The notes below the pieces were generated by a model. That model had not been told where the DNA came from. It did not search any database and saw nothing but the letters and a program-made list of their open reading frames with translations. DNA of 5,924 bases from a virus. The stretch is taken from IMG/VR virus record IMGVR_UViG_3300030243_000892, positions 1 to 5,924 of that record; one strand, given 5' to 3'. Numbering within the stretch: position 1 is the first letter of the stretch; each line of letters opens with the position of its first letter. Positions 1 through 5,694 of this stretch are shown here, one piece after another. A program made the translations under genes and the position numbers.

Positions 1-99
1 GAGCCTAACGGCCAGACGCGCACCCGAGGGAAAACGGACAGGAGGGAGCTTGCGACTGGATGCGTTTTCCCGTGCGCAGAGCATCGTTCTTGACGGATT
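1..99. repeat. Terminal direct repeat, copy 1 (overlap from linearising a circular genome)
   Basis: Bases 1-99 match 5826-5924 base for base (compared by eye in 10-mers). The repeat runs exactly to both window edges, as expected for a circular contig with k-mer overlap. Unit length is 5825 nt. Confidence 0.95.
18..77 (+). other. Large imperfect hairpin in the non-coding arc, also present as 5843-5902
   Basis: gcgcac (18-23) pairs with gtgcgc (72-77) and gggaaaacg (28-36) pairs with cgttttccc (63-71). That gives 15 bp in total, a 4-nt bulge (24-27) and a 26-nt loop. The loop contains gagcttgcga (46-55), which also occurs at 5818-5827. Confidence 0.5.
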
Positions 100-118
100 A
101 CCCTTTGATCCGCATAAA
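89..118 (+). promoter_or_regulatory. Candidate sigma70-type promoter upstream of the gene block
   Basis: cTTGACg (89-95) is followed by a 17-nt spacer and then CATAAA (113-118, 4/6 to TATAAT). It is the only such pair I could find in the non-coding arc. The implied transcription start is about 123-127, which would make the ATG at 124 leaderless, and that is a weakness. Confidence 0.25.
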
Positions 119-123
119 CAGGC

Positions 124-342
124 ATGAAGTCATTGCCCATACTGCCTATGTGCCTGATCTTCGTTGCTGCTCTCACGGGCTGCACGGCCACCACGTCTCT
201 GATCGTGGTGGCCGTTTCCATTAAGACCCCCCGCACCATTGAAAGGCCAGTCTATGACGTTACTCCCAATGATACCTCCGGCGGCCATGGGTCCGCTGAT
301 CTCAGCAGGCGGAGCAATCGCCCAGCAGCTTTTAGGCTCTAA
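124..342 (+). CDS. Small secreted/membrane protein with lipoprotein-type signal peptide (72 aa); function unknown, candidate lysis or exclusion factor
   Basis: The N-terminus is MKSLPILPMCLIFVAALTG|C: a basic n-region, a hydrophobic h-region and an L-T-G-C lipobox (Cys codon 181-183). A second hydrophobic stretch (SLIVVAVSI) and a polar/basic tail follow. In the unique part (124-253) third codon positions are A-poor (about 4 of 43), as in the confident genes. The last 89 nt overlap VP2 in another frame. There is no clear SD. Confidence 0.45.
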   Translation: MKSLPILPMCLIFVAALTGCTATTSLIVVAVSIKTPRTIERPVYDVTPNDTSGGHGSADLSRRSNRPAAFRL

Positions 343-1159
343 CGCTGATTATGAAACTGCGGGGGACGCGGGCTCCCGCTCGCGCCGCGAAATGCGCCAT
401 CAAAGGCGCATGATCGCGATGCAGAACAAACAGGCTCGCCAGTTCATGGCGGATACGGAAAAGAACCGTTACTCTTGGTTGGTGTCAGGAGCGCAAAAAG
501 CGGGGTTCAACCCGCTTACAGTTCTTGGTGCTACCGGCGGCGCTATGTCCGGCGGTGCGTCAGCAGGCTCGCCACTCATGCAACCCGTTCGGGGGTCTTC
601 GCCTACCGTCGGGGATGCTTTAGGAGCTGGCGTTGCCGCCTTTGCTGACAGTTACGACCCTGTGGGCTTTGCCACACGGCAGCAGCAGCTTGAAAACATG
701 CGGAAGCTGGGCAATGTGTACGACGCGGAGCTTGCGAAGTTCGGCACAGTGCCCGTCAACACCGTGAACAACTCGCCAACGCGCGTGCAGAATGACCCCC
801 TTCGCGTTCAAGTCGGTGAGCCTGCACAGGTGCGGCAAAATGACGGTCGCCCATACGCGCGGGAAGACATGTTCGATGATCGTCCGCGCATTCCCATTCG
901 TGAGAACGATGGGACGCTTTCTACGCTGGATAAGAAGATGGCGGATGCCATGGGCTATGAGCCATGGGACCAGATGCCTTCTGGCGATATGACCCACTTG
1001 CTTGGGGAGATCGCTGAAGTCGAAACGGCCTTGGAAGGAACTAAGGTCCGTCAGGAAATGCTCGGGAAAGGCTCGCAAGAAAGGAAGGCCATCAGGGATG
1101 CCGAGCGCTTGAAAAGACAGCGCGAGCTTTCGCCGTTTATTAATCAACCTATGCCATAG
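254..1159 (+). CDS. VP2: VP2-like minor capsid / DNA pilot protein (about 301 aa)
   Basis: The frame is open from TTG 239. ATG 254 has GAAAGGC (241-247) 7 nt upstream, the same arrangement as the capsid gene. The N-terminus is Gly/Ala-rich. The segment NRYSWLVSGAQKAGFNPLTVLG (AGFNP = 500-514) resembles the Y...AG(L/F)NP motif I recall from gokushovirus VP2 / H-class pilot proteins. The C-terminus is charged and helical-looking. The gene is adjacent to the capsid gene. Confidence 0.8.
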   Translation: MTLLPMIPPAAMGPLISAGGAIAQQLLGSNADYETAGDAGSRSRREMRHQRRMIAMQNKQARQFMADTEKNRYSWLVSGAQKAGFNPLTVLGATGGAMSGGASAGSPLMQPVRGSSPTVGDALGAGVAAFADSYDPVGFATRQQQLENMRKLGNVYDAELAKFGTVPVNTVNNSPTRVQNDPLRVQVGEPAQVRQNDGRPYAREDMFDDRPRIPIRENDGTLSTLDKKMADAMGYEPWDQMPSGDMTHLLGEIAEVETALEGTKVRQEMLGKGSQERKAIRDAERLKRQRELSPFINQPMP

Positions 1160-1171
1160 AAAGGCTACCCA

Positions 1172-2797
1172 ATGCAGAAACAACATTCACGCAATGTGCT
1201 ACCAACTCAGGTTTGGGACCAACAGGTCCGACGTACGCCTGTTGCTCACCAACCCACGATGCGGGATGATACCGCAGCGGTCGTTACGACTGGCAACGGC
1301 GGTAAGTTCGTTCCGCTCAAGATGTTCCCTCTTTTTCGGGAAGACGGGATGATGAACAGCAGTCTGACCATTTCGTTTGAAATGGCGGAGCTGTCGAATA
1401 TGATCATCAACCCTGTGCGCGCTACTGCTGCCGCATACTTTGTTCCTAAGCTGGCTCTTGATCGCTTCCCCGATATGGGTGCGATCGACAGGTCTTGGAA
1501 CGGCGAACCAGAGATTGACGCGAGCGTGATCCCTTGGTTCAAGCCGCTGACGGGCAATCCTTCGACCGATTGGCCTATCCTTGAGACGCTCGGGCTGCAC
1601 GGCTCTGCTGTTGACACGCCAAATGACGAATACGTCGAAGCCTATAACCAAGTTTGGAACTACATCGCGACCCAGCGGTCGCCTTCTCTGACAAAACGCG
1701 ACGTTCTTGACCCGAGCCTTGCGCCTGCGTTCTGGGAACATACCCAGATGCGCTACGTGAAACCGACTTTCGACGAGGCTATGGTTTCCGGCCGTGTGCC
1801 GCTCTCGTTTACGGGCGGTTCTGGCGAACTTCCCATAGTGTCTGCTCGGGGCGCGCTCCAGTCTGGCGGCTATCCTCCTATTGGTGCCATTATGGAAGAC
1901 ACTGGCGTCGATAACACTGTCGGTTCGGTTTTCCGTTTCGAGGACGTTTACGCTGAGCTGACAGCGGAGAGCGCCGTGATCTCGCTGGCTGACATCGATC
2001 TTGCCCGTGAAACCGTTGCTTGGGCGCGTCTTCGCAACCAGTTCCAAGGTGTTTCTGAGGAATGGATGATGGACCAGATGCTTGCTGGTATTCGGATTCC
2101 CGACCAGTCGCTGAAAAGCCCTATGCTTATTGATCATTCGTCAACGATTTTCGGCCTTGAGGAGCGCTATGCGACCGATGCCGCTAACCTTTCGGAAAGC
2201 GTTGCGCAGGGCAGAACAGCCGTACAGCTCAATATGCGCGTGCCACGGACCACTTGTGGCGGCGTGGTCGTTGTGGTGGCGCAGTGCCTTCCAGAACAGC
2301 TCTATGAGCGCCAACGGGACCATTATTTTATGGCGAGTACAGTGGAGGATTTGCCTAACCGTACCGCTGACGAGCTGGACCCGCAGCCTGTCGACATGGT
2401 CAAGAATAAGGAAGTCGATGAGGCTCATACGTTGCCCGATGATCTCTTTGGCTATCAGCCTCTCAATGCAAAGTGGATCAGGACCACTCCTCGGGTCGGC
2501 GGCGATTACTACAAGGCCAGCCCCACGTCACCATGGACCGAAATCAGAAACCGGATTTGGGACACAAATGTTGTCGACCCCGAACTCGGTCCTGATTTCT
2601 ATCTTGCCACCGATATTAAGCAGGACGTCTTCGCCAACCAGACGGTGGATACATTCGAGTTCTGGTGCTCCGGCACTGCTCGGATTAACGGCCTGACTTA
2701 CTTTGGACCTGAGCTTCTTGAGGGTTCCGACGATTACGAAAAGGTGGTCGCTCAAGTCGACACCACGCCTTTGAAAGGTGATGGCACGGATGTTTAA
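1172..2797 (+). CDS. VP1: Microviridae major capsid protein (F/VP1 family), 541 aa
   Basis: This is the longest ORF, and its size is typical of gokushovirus-type VP1. GAAAGGC (1159-1165) lies 7 nt before the ATG. The C-terminal segment DDLFGYQPLNAKWIRTTPRVGGDY (FGYQ = 2447-2458) matches the conserved FGYQ.R...YR....V.G.F block of VP1 proteins. Third codon positions are A-poor throughout. Confidence 0.93.
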   Translation: MQKQHSRNVLPTQVWDQQVRRTPVAHQPTMRDDTAAVVTTGNGGKFVPLKMFPLFREDGMMNSSLTISFEMAELSNMIINPVRATAAAYFVPKLALDRFPDMGAIDRSWNGEPEIDASVIPWFKPLTGNPSTDWPILETLGLHGSAVDTPNDEYVEAYNQVWNYIATQRSPSLTKRDVLDPSLAPAFWEHTQMRYVKPTFDEAMVSGRVPLSFTGGSGELPIVSARGALQSGGYPPIGAIMEDTGVDNTVGSVFRFEDVYAELTAESAVISLADIDLARETVAWARLRNQFQGVSEEWMMDQMLAGIRIPDQSLKSPMLIDHSSTIFGLEERYATDAANLSESVAQGRTAVQLNMRVPRTTCGGVVVVVAQCLPEQLYERQRDHYFMASTVEDLPNRTADELDPQPVDMVKNKEVDEAHTLPDDLFGYQPLNAKWIRTTPRVGGDYYKASPTSPWTEIRNRIWDTNVVDPELGPDFYLATDIKQDVFANQTVDTFEFWCSGTARINGLTYFGPELLEGSDDYEKVVAQVDTTPLKGDGTDV

Positions 2798-3449
2798 GAC
2801 AGACAGCCAATGGGAAGCGGTCTCTGACCGCTTCTCCTACGATGCCAGGACGGCAAAATTCAGTTTAAGGAGCGATGGACATGCGAGGCTGTACCTTGTG
2901 CCAGAAGATGCGGCGGAGATTTTTGTCGGCGCGGTCAACTGCGGCGAAACACGTATCGAGGTTCAAGGGAAAGCGCCCCTTCGGTTCTCGATCATTACCG
3001 ACGATGAAACGCTCGTCTGGATACGGTTCCCTGAGATCGATCAAACGGCGCTGAAAACGACCGACCAGACGTTTACGACACTGGATCGGCCCGAGCCGCT
3101 CAGCGCCGAAATGCTTGCAATCCAGAGGTTAATGCGTAGAAACGAACTCGACCGTGAGGAACAACGGCGCGACATGGAAAGGATCATCGATGCTCGATTG
3201 CACCCACCCGTTGCTCGAAAGGATAAACGAGCTGCACCAGAAGATACGTCAACCGATGCCTCGGGGAACGTGGGCAAGAAGTCAGGCGGAGGCAAGGCAG
3301 ACGCTGCGAAACAAAGCGGCAAGCCAAAAGGCGATGCCATACCTGAATTGGATGCACTGCCTGACGGAGAAACAAAGTCCCGACCTGCTGGTTCAAAGGG
3401 CGATGAGGACGTTCAAAGCGATGGAGATACCGATGGCGGGGGAAGTTAA
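2790..3449 (+). CDS. Hypothetical structural/scaffolding-position protein (about 220 aa) with a long disordered C-terminal tail
   Basis: The ORF is open from GTG 2778, with ATGs at 2781 and 2790. GAAAGG (2773-2778) is 11 nt before ATG 2790, the same spacing as for Rep, and ATG 2790 overlaps the VP1 stop (gATGtTTAA). The N-terminal ~100 aa look beta-rich, followed by a charged helix (LAIQRLMRRNELDREEQRRDMERIID). The last ~85 aa are a Gly/Lys/Asp/Ser low-complexity tail. I recognise no family motif, so the function is inferred from position only. Confidence 0.75.
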   Translation: MFKTDSQWEAVSDRFSYDARTAKFSLRSDGHARLYLVPEDAAEIFVGAVNCGETRIEVQGKAPLRFSIITDDETLVWIRFPEIDQTALKTTDQTFTTLDRPEPLSAEMLAIQRLMRRNELDREEQRRDMERIIDARLHPPVARKDKRAAPEDTSTDASGNVGKKSGGGKADAAKQSGKPKGDAIPELDALPDGETKSRPAGSKGDEDVQSDGDTDGGGS

Positions 3450-3672
3450 CGCTGGCCGCGACAGCTCCAGTTCCCTCGTTCGGTTCCTGCATTACGATTT
3501 CGCGCAGGATTTCAGCGCTGCTGAGCACGTTTTCATCGGGCATGTACTTAGGGAGCTTGCTCACGAGCTCGATGCCAGTTTGCTCCCCGAATTTGAGCCG
3601 CATACGTACACGTTTAAGGCGAATGAATTTCGGCACGACCCACCCCGTACAATGGAGATTTTTGACATTTGA
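3433..3672 (+). CDS. Small acidic hypothetical protein (79 aa core; may start at 3190)
   Basis: GGAGA (3423-3427) lies 5 nt before ATG 3433. Third positions are A-poor. The sequence looks helical and non-repetitive (SLVRFLHYDFAQDFSAAEHVFIGHVLRELAHELDASLLPEFEPH...). Without this ORF there would be a 355-nt gap between 3449 and 3805. It is followed directly by a strong hairpin. The same frame is open back to ATG 3190, which carries GAAAGG-N7-ATG. Confidence 0.5.
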   Translation: MAGEVNAGRDSSSSLVRFLHYDFAQDFSAAEHVFIGHVLRELAHELDASLLPEFEPHTYTFKANEFRHDPPRTMEIFDI

Positions 3673-3678
3673 CGGTAA

Positions 3679-3716
3679 GCCCAGCGTTTCAATCCATCGG
3701 ATTGATAACGCTGGGC
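3679..3716 (+). terminator. 17-bp stem-loop downstream of the 3433-3672 ORF (possible terminator or ssDNA structural element)
   Basis: gcccagcgtt tcaatcc (3679-3695), loop atc (3696-3698), ggattga (3699-3705), a bulged t at 3706, then aacgctgggc (3707-3716). It starts 7 nt after the TGA at 3670-3672. The downstream sequence cgttctcccc is only weakly T-rich, so this is not a canonical intrinsic terminator. Confidence 0.35.
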
Positions 3717-3804
3717 GTTCTCCCCCTCTCGTCTTCTGTTGCGCTACTGACACCTTTACCAAACCACCCCACCTCATTTTTCACTCTGAAAGGCAGATAA
3801 TCAG

Positions 3805-4974
3805 ATGTGTTCCCAAGCCGGCCAACTCAACCTAGGCGATAAAACAGTGACAATTTCTTGTAGAAAGTGCGATCAATGCGTTGCCGCTCGAAAACGGCAC
3901 TGGATTGGCCGTATCAACGCGGAAGCGGAGACCGCCAAATCCGTTACTTTCGCAACGTTTACCTATGATGGCGGCTATGACCGGAACGAGGCGTATTACC
4001 TTAAATACAGCGATTTTCAGCGCTTGATTAAACGCCTTCGCCGTCGCGGATATCGCTTTACTTACGTGGCTGTCGGGGAATACGGCTCTAAAGCCTCCCG
4101 CGCCCATTTTCATGCGCTGTTCTTTTGGGACGGGCCGGAACCGCCCGTTCCATACGATCACCGCATCCCTTACGCCAAGAACCCTTGCGGCCAAGAGCAA
4201 AATATCTGGCCTGATGGCTTCATTCAATTTGAACGCCCTCGCTCTAGGCAAGCCTGCGCGGCGTATCTCATGGACTACTTAGACAAGGATAACGTTGACT
4301 GCCTGAAATACTCCAAGGTGCCCGCCCTTGGTGAAAAATACCTGATCGAATACGCCCAAAAGCTGGGCCGTTGCGGCCTCACGCTTTTTCGCGAAAGCGA
4401 CCGTTATACGATCCCTTCTAACACGCGGGCCAACGGCCAGCTGTTCTACTACCCTGTCGGACGCGACACCGCGATTTATCGCCGGATGATCGCGGCGTTT
4501 TGCTCGGCTCATTATGCCAGCGGACGCACTGGCGCCCCAAGATGCGGCGTCGAGGTCTCCGAATACCTTTGGGACTACTCGCAAGACCTTTGCGCTACCG
4601 ACCCGCTGGAAATTATCCAAGCCTGTCATGATCTCTTTGGATCACAGGCCATTCAAGACGGTGAAAACCTCGGCCATGGATATTTCGGTTCCGAACAGGG
4701 GGAAATTTATCTGACAGACGCGAAAGGCTCGAAAATATGGGAAGCTCATATCGACAACGGAAGCGGCGACAGTCAAAGCGCAAACCTGCTGCGCCTGCTG
4801 CGCCTAAAGTTTCAACATCTAAAAACACGGGGGTATCTTCCCGACGATCTCCCGTCACAAAACCTCAACCTTTCTCCACTGCCCAACGGCTCGCTGGATA
4901 CCGCCAGTTTGCTATCGAGGTTTCCCGAGATAAGAAACGCGCAGCCGAGAGAAAGCAAAAAGAGCGCGCGTTAG
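3805..4974 (+). CDS. VP4: Rolling-circle replication initiator, HUH endonuclease (Microviridae VP4 / gpA family), 389 aa
   Basis: N-terminal C-x2-C-x2-C (CRKCDQC, 3859-3879). Motif I is FATFTY (3949-3966). Motif II, the HUH, is HFHALFF (4105-4125). Motif III has two tyrosines four residues apart, YLMDYLDK (4264-4287), as in phiX174 gpA. The segments KRLRRRG...YVAVGEYG are also typical of VP4. GAAAGGC (3788-3794) lies 11 nt before the ATG. Confidence 0.93.
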   Translation: MCSQAGQLNLGDKTVTISCRKCDQCVAARKRHWIGRINAEAETAKSVTFATFTYDGGYDRNEAYYLKYSDFQRLIKRLRRRGYRFTYVAVGEYGSKASRAHFHALFFWDGPEPPVPYDHRIPYAKNPCGQEQNIWPDGFIQFERPRSRQACAAYLMDYLDKDNVDCLKYSKVPALGEKYLIEYAQKLGRCGLTLFRESDRYTIPSNTRANGQLFYYPVGRDTAIYRRMIAAFCSAHYASGRTGAPRCGVEVSEYLWDYSQDLCATDPLEIIQACHDLFGSQAIQDGENLGHGYFGSEQGEIYLTDAKGSKIWEAHIDNGSGDSQSANLLRLLRLKFQHLKTRGYLPDDLPSQNLNLSPLPNGSLDTASLLSRFPEIRNAQPRESKKSAR

Positions 4975-5354
4975 CTGCCGCTCCCACGTACAAGCCTGTA
5001 CGCATCACAAAAAACGTTCGTACACGAAAAGGACCCACGACGCATCGAGGGTCGTCACTCGTTCTTGAGCCCTTTGGGCGGGAACAATCTAAGCCTCGCG
5101 GACGGTCTGCCGCGCGCAGCGCTCGCGACAACGTCACGCCCCCTACCAAAACCAACCCCCAACTCACCCCGTTCCAGCTGAGGCGCATCAACCGTTCCCG
5201 AAAGAACACACGGAATGACCATTCTTCCAAAACCCCCTGCAAAGAGCGCCCCGACGCCTCGAAAGCAGCTAAAAAGCAGGGGAAAGGCACTGGCCTTGCC
5301 TTCAAGTCCCCTGAACGCCCGAAACAAAAGCGGCGTTTCGAGAAGTGGTGCTGA
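4737..5354 (+). CDS. Hyperbasic Lys/Arg/Pro/Ser/Thr-rich protein (205 aa) overlapping the Rep 3' end; candidate DNA-binding/packaging protein
   Basis: GAAAGGC (4722-4728) lies 9 nt before ATG 4737. This is the only ATG/GTG/TTG in the frame, so the ORF must start inside Rep (238-nt overlap, frame -1 relative to Rep). It covers the otherwise unassigned 4975-5354. The composition recalls J/ORF8-type DNA-condensing proteins but the ORF is several-fold longer. Third-position A is higher than in other genes, partly from AAA Lys codons, so the coding signal is weaker. Confidence 0.5.
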   Translation: MGSSYRQRKRRQSKRKPAAPAAPKVSTSKNTGVSSRRSPVTKPQPFSTAQRLAGYRQFAIEVSRDKKRAAERKQKERALAAAPTYKPVRITKNVRTRKGPTTHRGSSLVLEPFGREQSKPRGRSAARSARDNVTPPTKTNPQLTPFQLRRINRSRKNTRNDHSSKTPCKERPDASKAAKKQGKGTGLAFKSPERPKQKRRFEKWC

Positions 5355-5422
5355 CCTCGAACCCGATCTCATCGGTTCTCAGCCCCTTACTGTGCTGAAC
5401 CGCAATTCTATGCCGTTGCGGA

Positions 5423-5489
5423 TCTGCCAAGCTCCGAGCCGACCGTAGGGAGCCCGTAGGGTGGCGAAGCCATCTCGGTGCTTGGCAGA
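5423..5489 (+). repeat. Structured repeat copy A: 16-bp stem with a conserved 35-nt loop
   Basis: tctgccaagcTccgag (5423-5438) pairs with ctcggTgcttggcaga (5474-5489), with one T:T mismatch (5433/5479). The loop (5439-5473) is ccgaccgtagggagcccgtagggtggcgaagccat and contains GCGAAGC at 5464-5470. Confidence 0.7.
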
Positions 5490-5542
5490 GCTGCAACACG
5501 CCAGCCCCATTCAGCGGCGGAGCCGCAGCCTTAATTCGACTT

Positions 5543-5568
5543 CCCCTCCCCCCGACCCACCGGAGGGG
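5543..5568 (+). other. C-rich/G-rich hairpin
   Basis: cccctcc (5543-5549) pairs with ggagggg (5562-5568) across a 12-nt C-rich loop. A second mini-hairpin, gcggc-gga-gccgc, lies at 5514-5526. Confidence 0.4.
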
Positions 5569-5598
5569 GGTACTTAGGCAGCAAGCGAAGCGCGCAGC

Positions 5599-5694
5599 AA
5601 GGCCAAGGGGCTGACAGGGTACGAGCCGACCGCAGGGAGCCCGTAGGGCGGCGAAGCCGTCTCGTTCCCTGTCAGACACGCAGTGCCGCCCCTT
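5599..5694 (+). repeat. Structured repeat copy B: 15-bp stem, conserved 35-nt loop, outer 6-bp stem
   Basis: ctgacagggTacgag (5611-5625) pairs with ctcgtTccctgtcag (5661-5675), with a T:T mismatch at 5620/5666. The loop (5626-5660) is ccgaccgcagggagcccgtagggcggcgaagccgt, with GCGAAGC at 5651-5657. An outer stem pairs aagggg (5605-5610) with cccctt (5689-5694). Confidence 0.75.

Noticed and set aside
107-134. dif-like XerC/XerD site (gatCCGCATAA acaggc atgaagtcatt), as used by some gokushovirus prophages for integration
   Set aside because: Only the left arm resembles the E. coli XerC arm GGTGCGCATAA (9/11). The right arm shows no similarity to the TTATG... XerD arm and the site is not palindromic, so a half-site match is not enough. 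It is worth rechecking against the dif sequence of the true host.
1136-1148. AT-rich tttattaatcaac resembling the phiX174 origin core (TATTAATAAC)
   Set aside because: The shared string is only a 7-mer (TATTAAT), which is expected by chance with appreciable probability in 5.8 kb. It lies in the VP2 coding sequence and has no flanking similarity to the 30-nt phiX origin.
620-2137. Long minus-strand ORFs (620-1186, 1199-2137, 1246-1617) antisense to VP2 and VP1
   Set aside because: They lie fully antisense to confidently identified genes. Their translations are Arg-rich and low-complexity, as is typical of antisense frames in GC-rich DNA. Microviridae are not known to encode genes on the complementary strand.
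2130-2696. 188-aa + strand ORF embedded in VP1 in another frame (TTG start), with similar small embedded ORFs at 792-992 and 4514-4714
   Set aside because: No GAAAGG or SD lies upstream, the start is non-ATG, and the translation is Ser/Arg/Leu-rich. This is expected by chance in GC-rich coding sequence.
3184-3777. Minus-strand 197-aa ORF spanning the 3450-3804 region
   Set aside because: The composition looks antisense, there is no SD-like motif, and the strand is wrong for this family. The + strand frame ending at 3672 has an SD and better third-position bias.
4956-4962. cAAAAAG near the Rep stop as a -1 frameshift site fusing Rep to the basic ORF
   Set aside because: It is not a full X XXY YYZ heptamer because the preceding base is C, and I saw no obvious downstream stimulatory structure. 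The basic ORF has its own ATG with the GAAAGGC motif, which is a simpler route to expression.
4865-5372. Minus-strand ORFs 4865-5305 and 5055-5372 opposite the basic ORF
   Set aside because: Same strand argument. The + strand frame has the genome's recurrent GAAAGGC-ATG signal. I cannot fully exclude that the whole 4975-5354 segment is non-coding.
5215-5448. 77-aa + strand ORF overlapping the end of the basic ORF and the start of the non-coding arc
   Set aside because: It is short, has no RBS motif, runs into hairpin-rich DNA, and shows no distinctive protein features.
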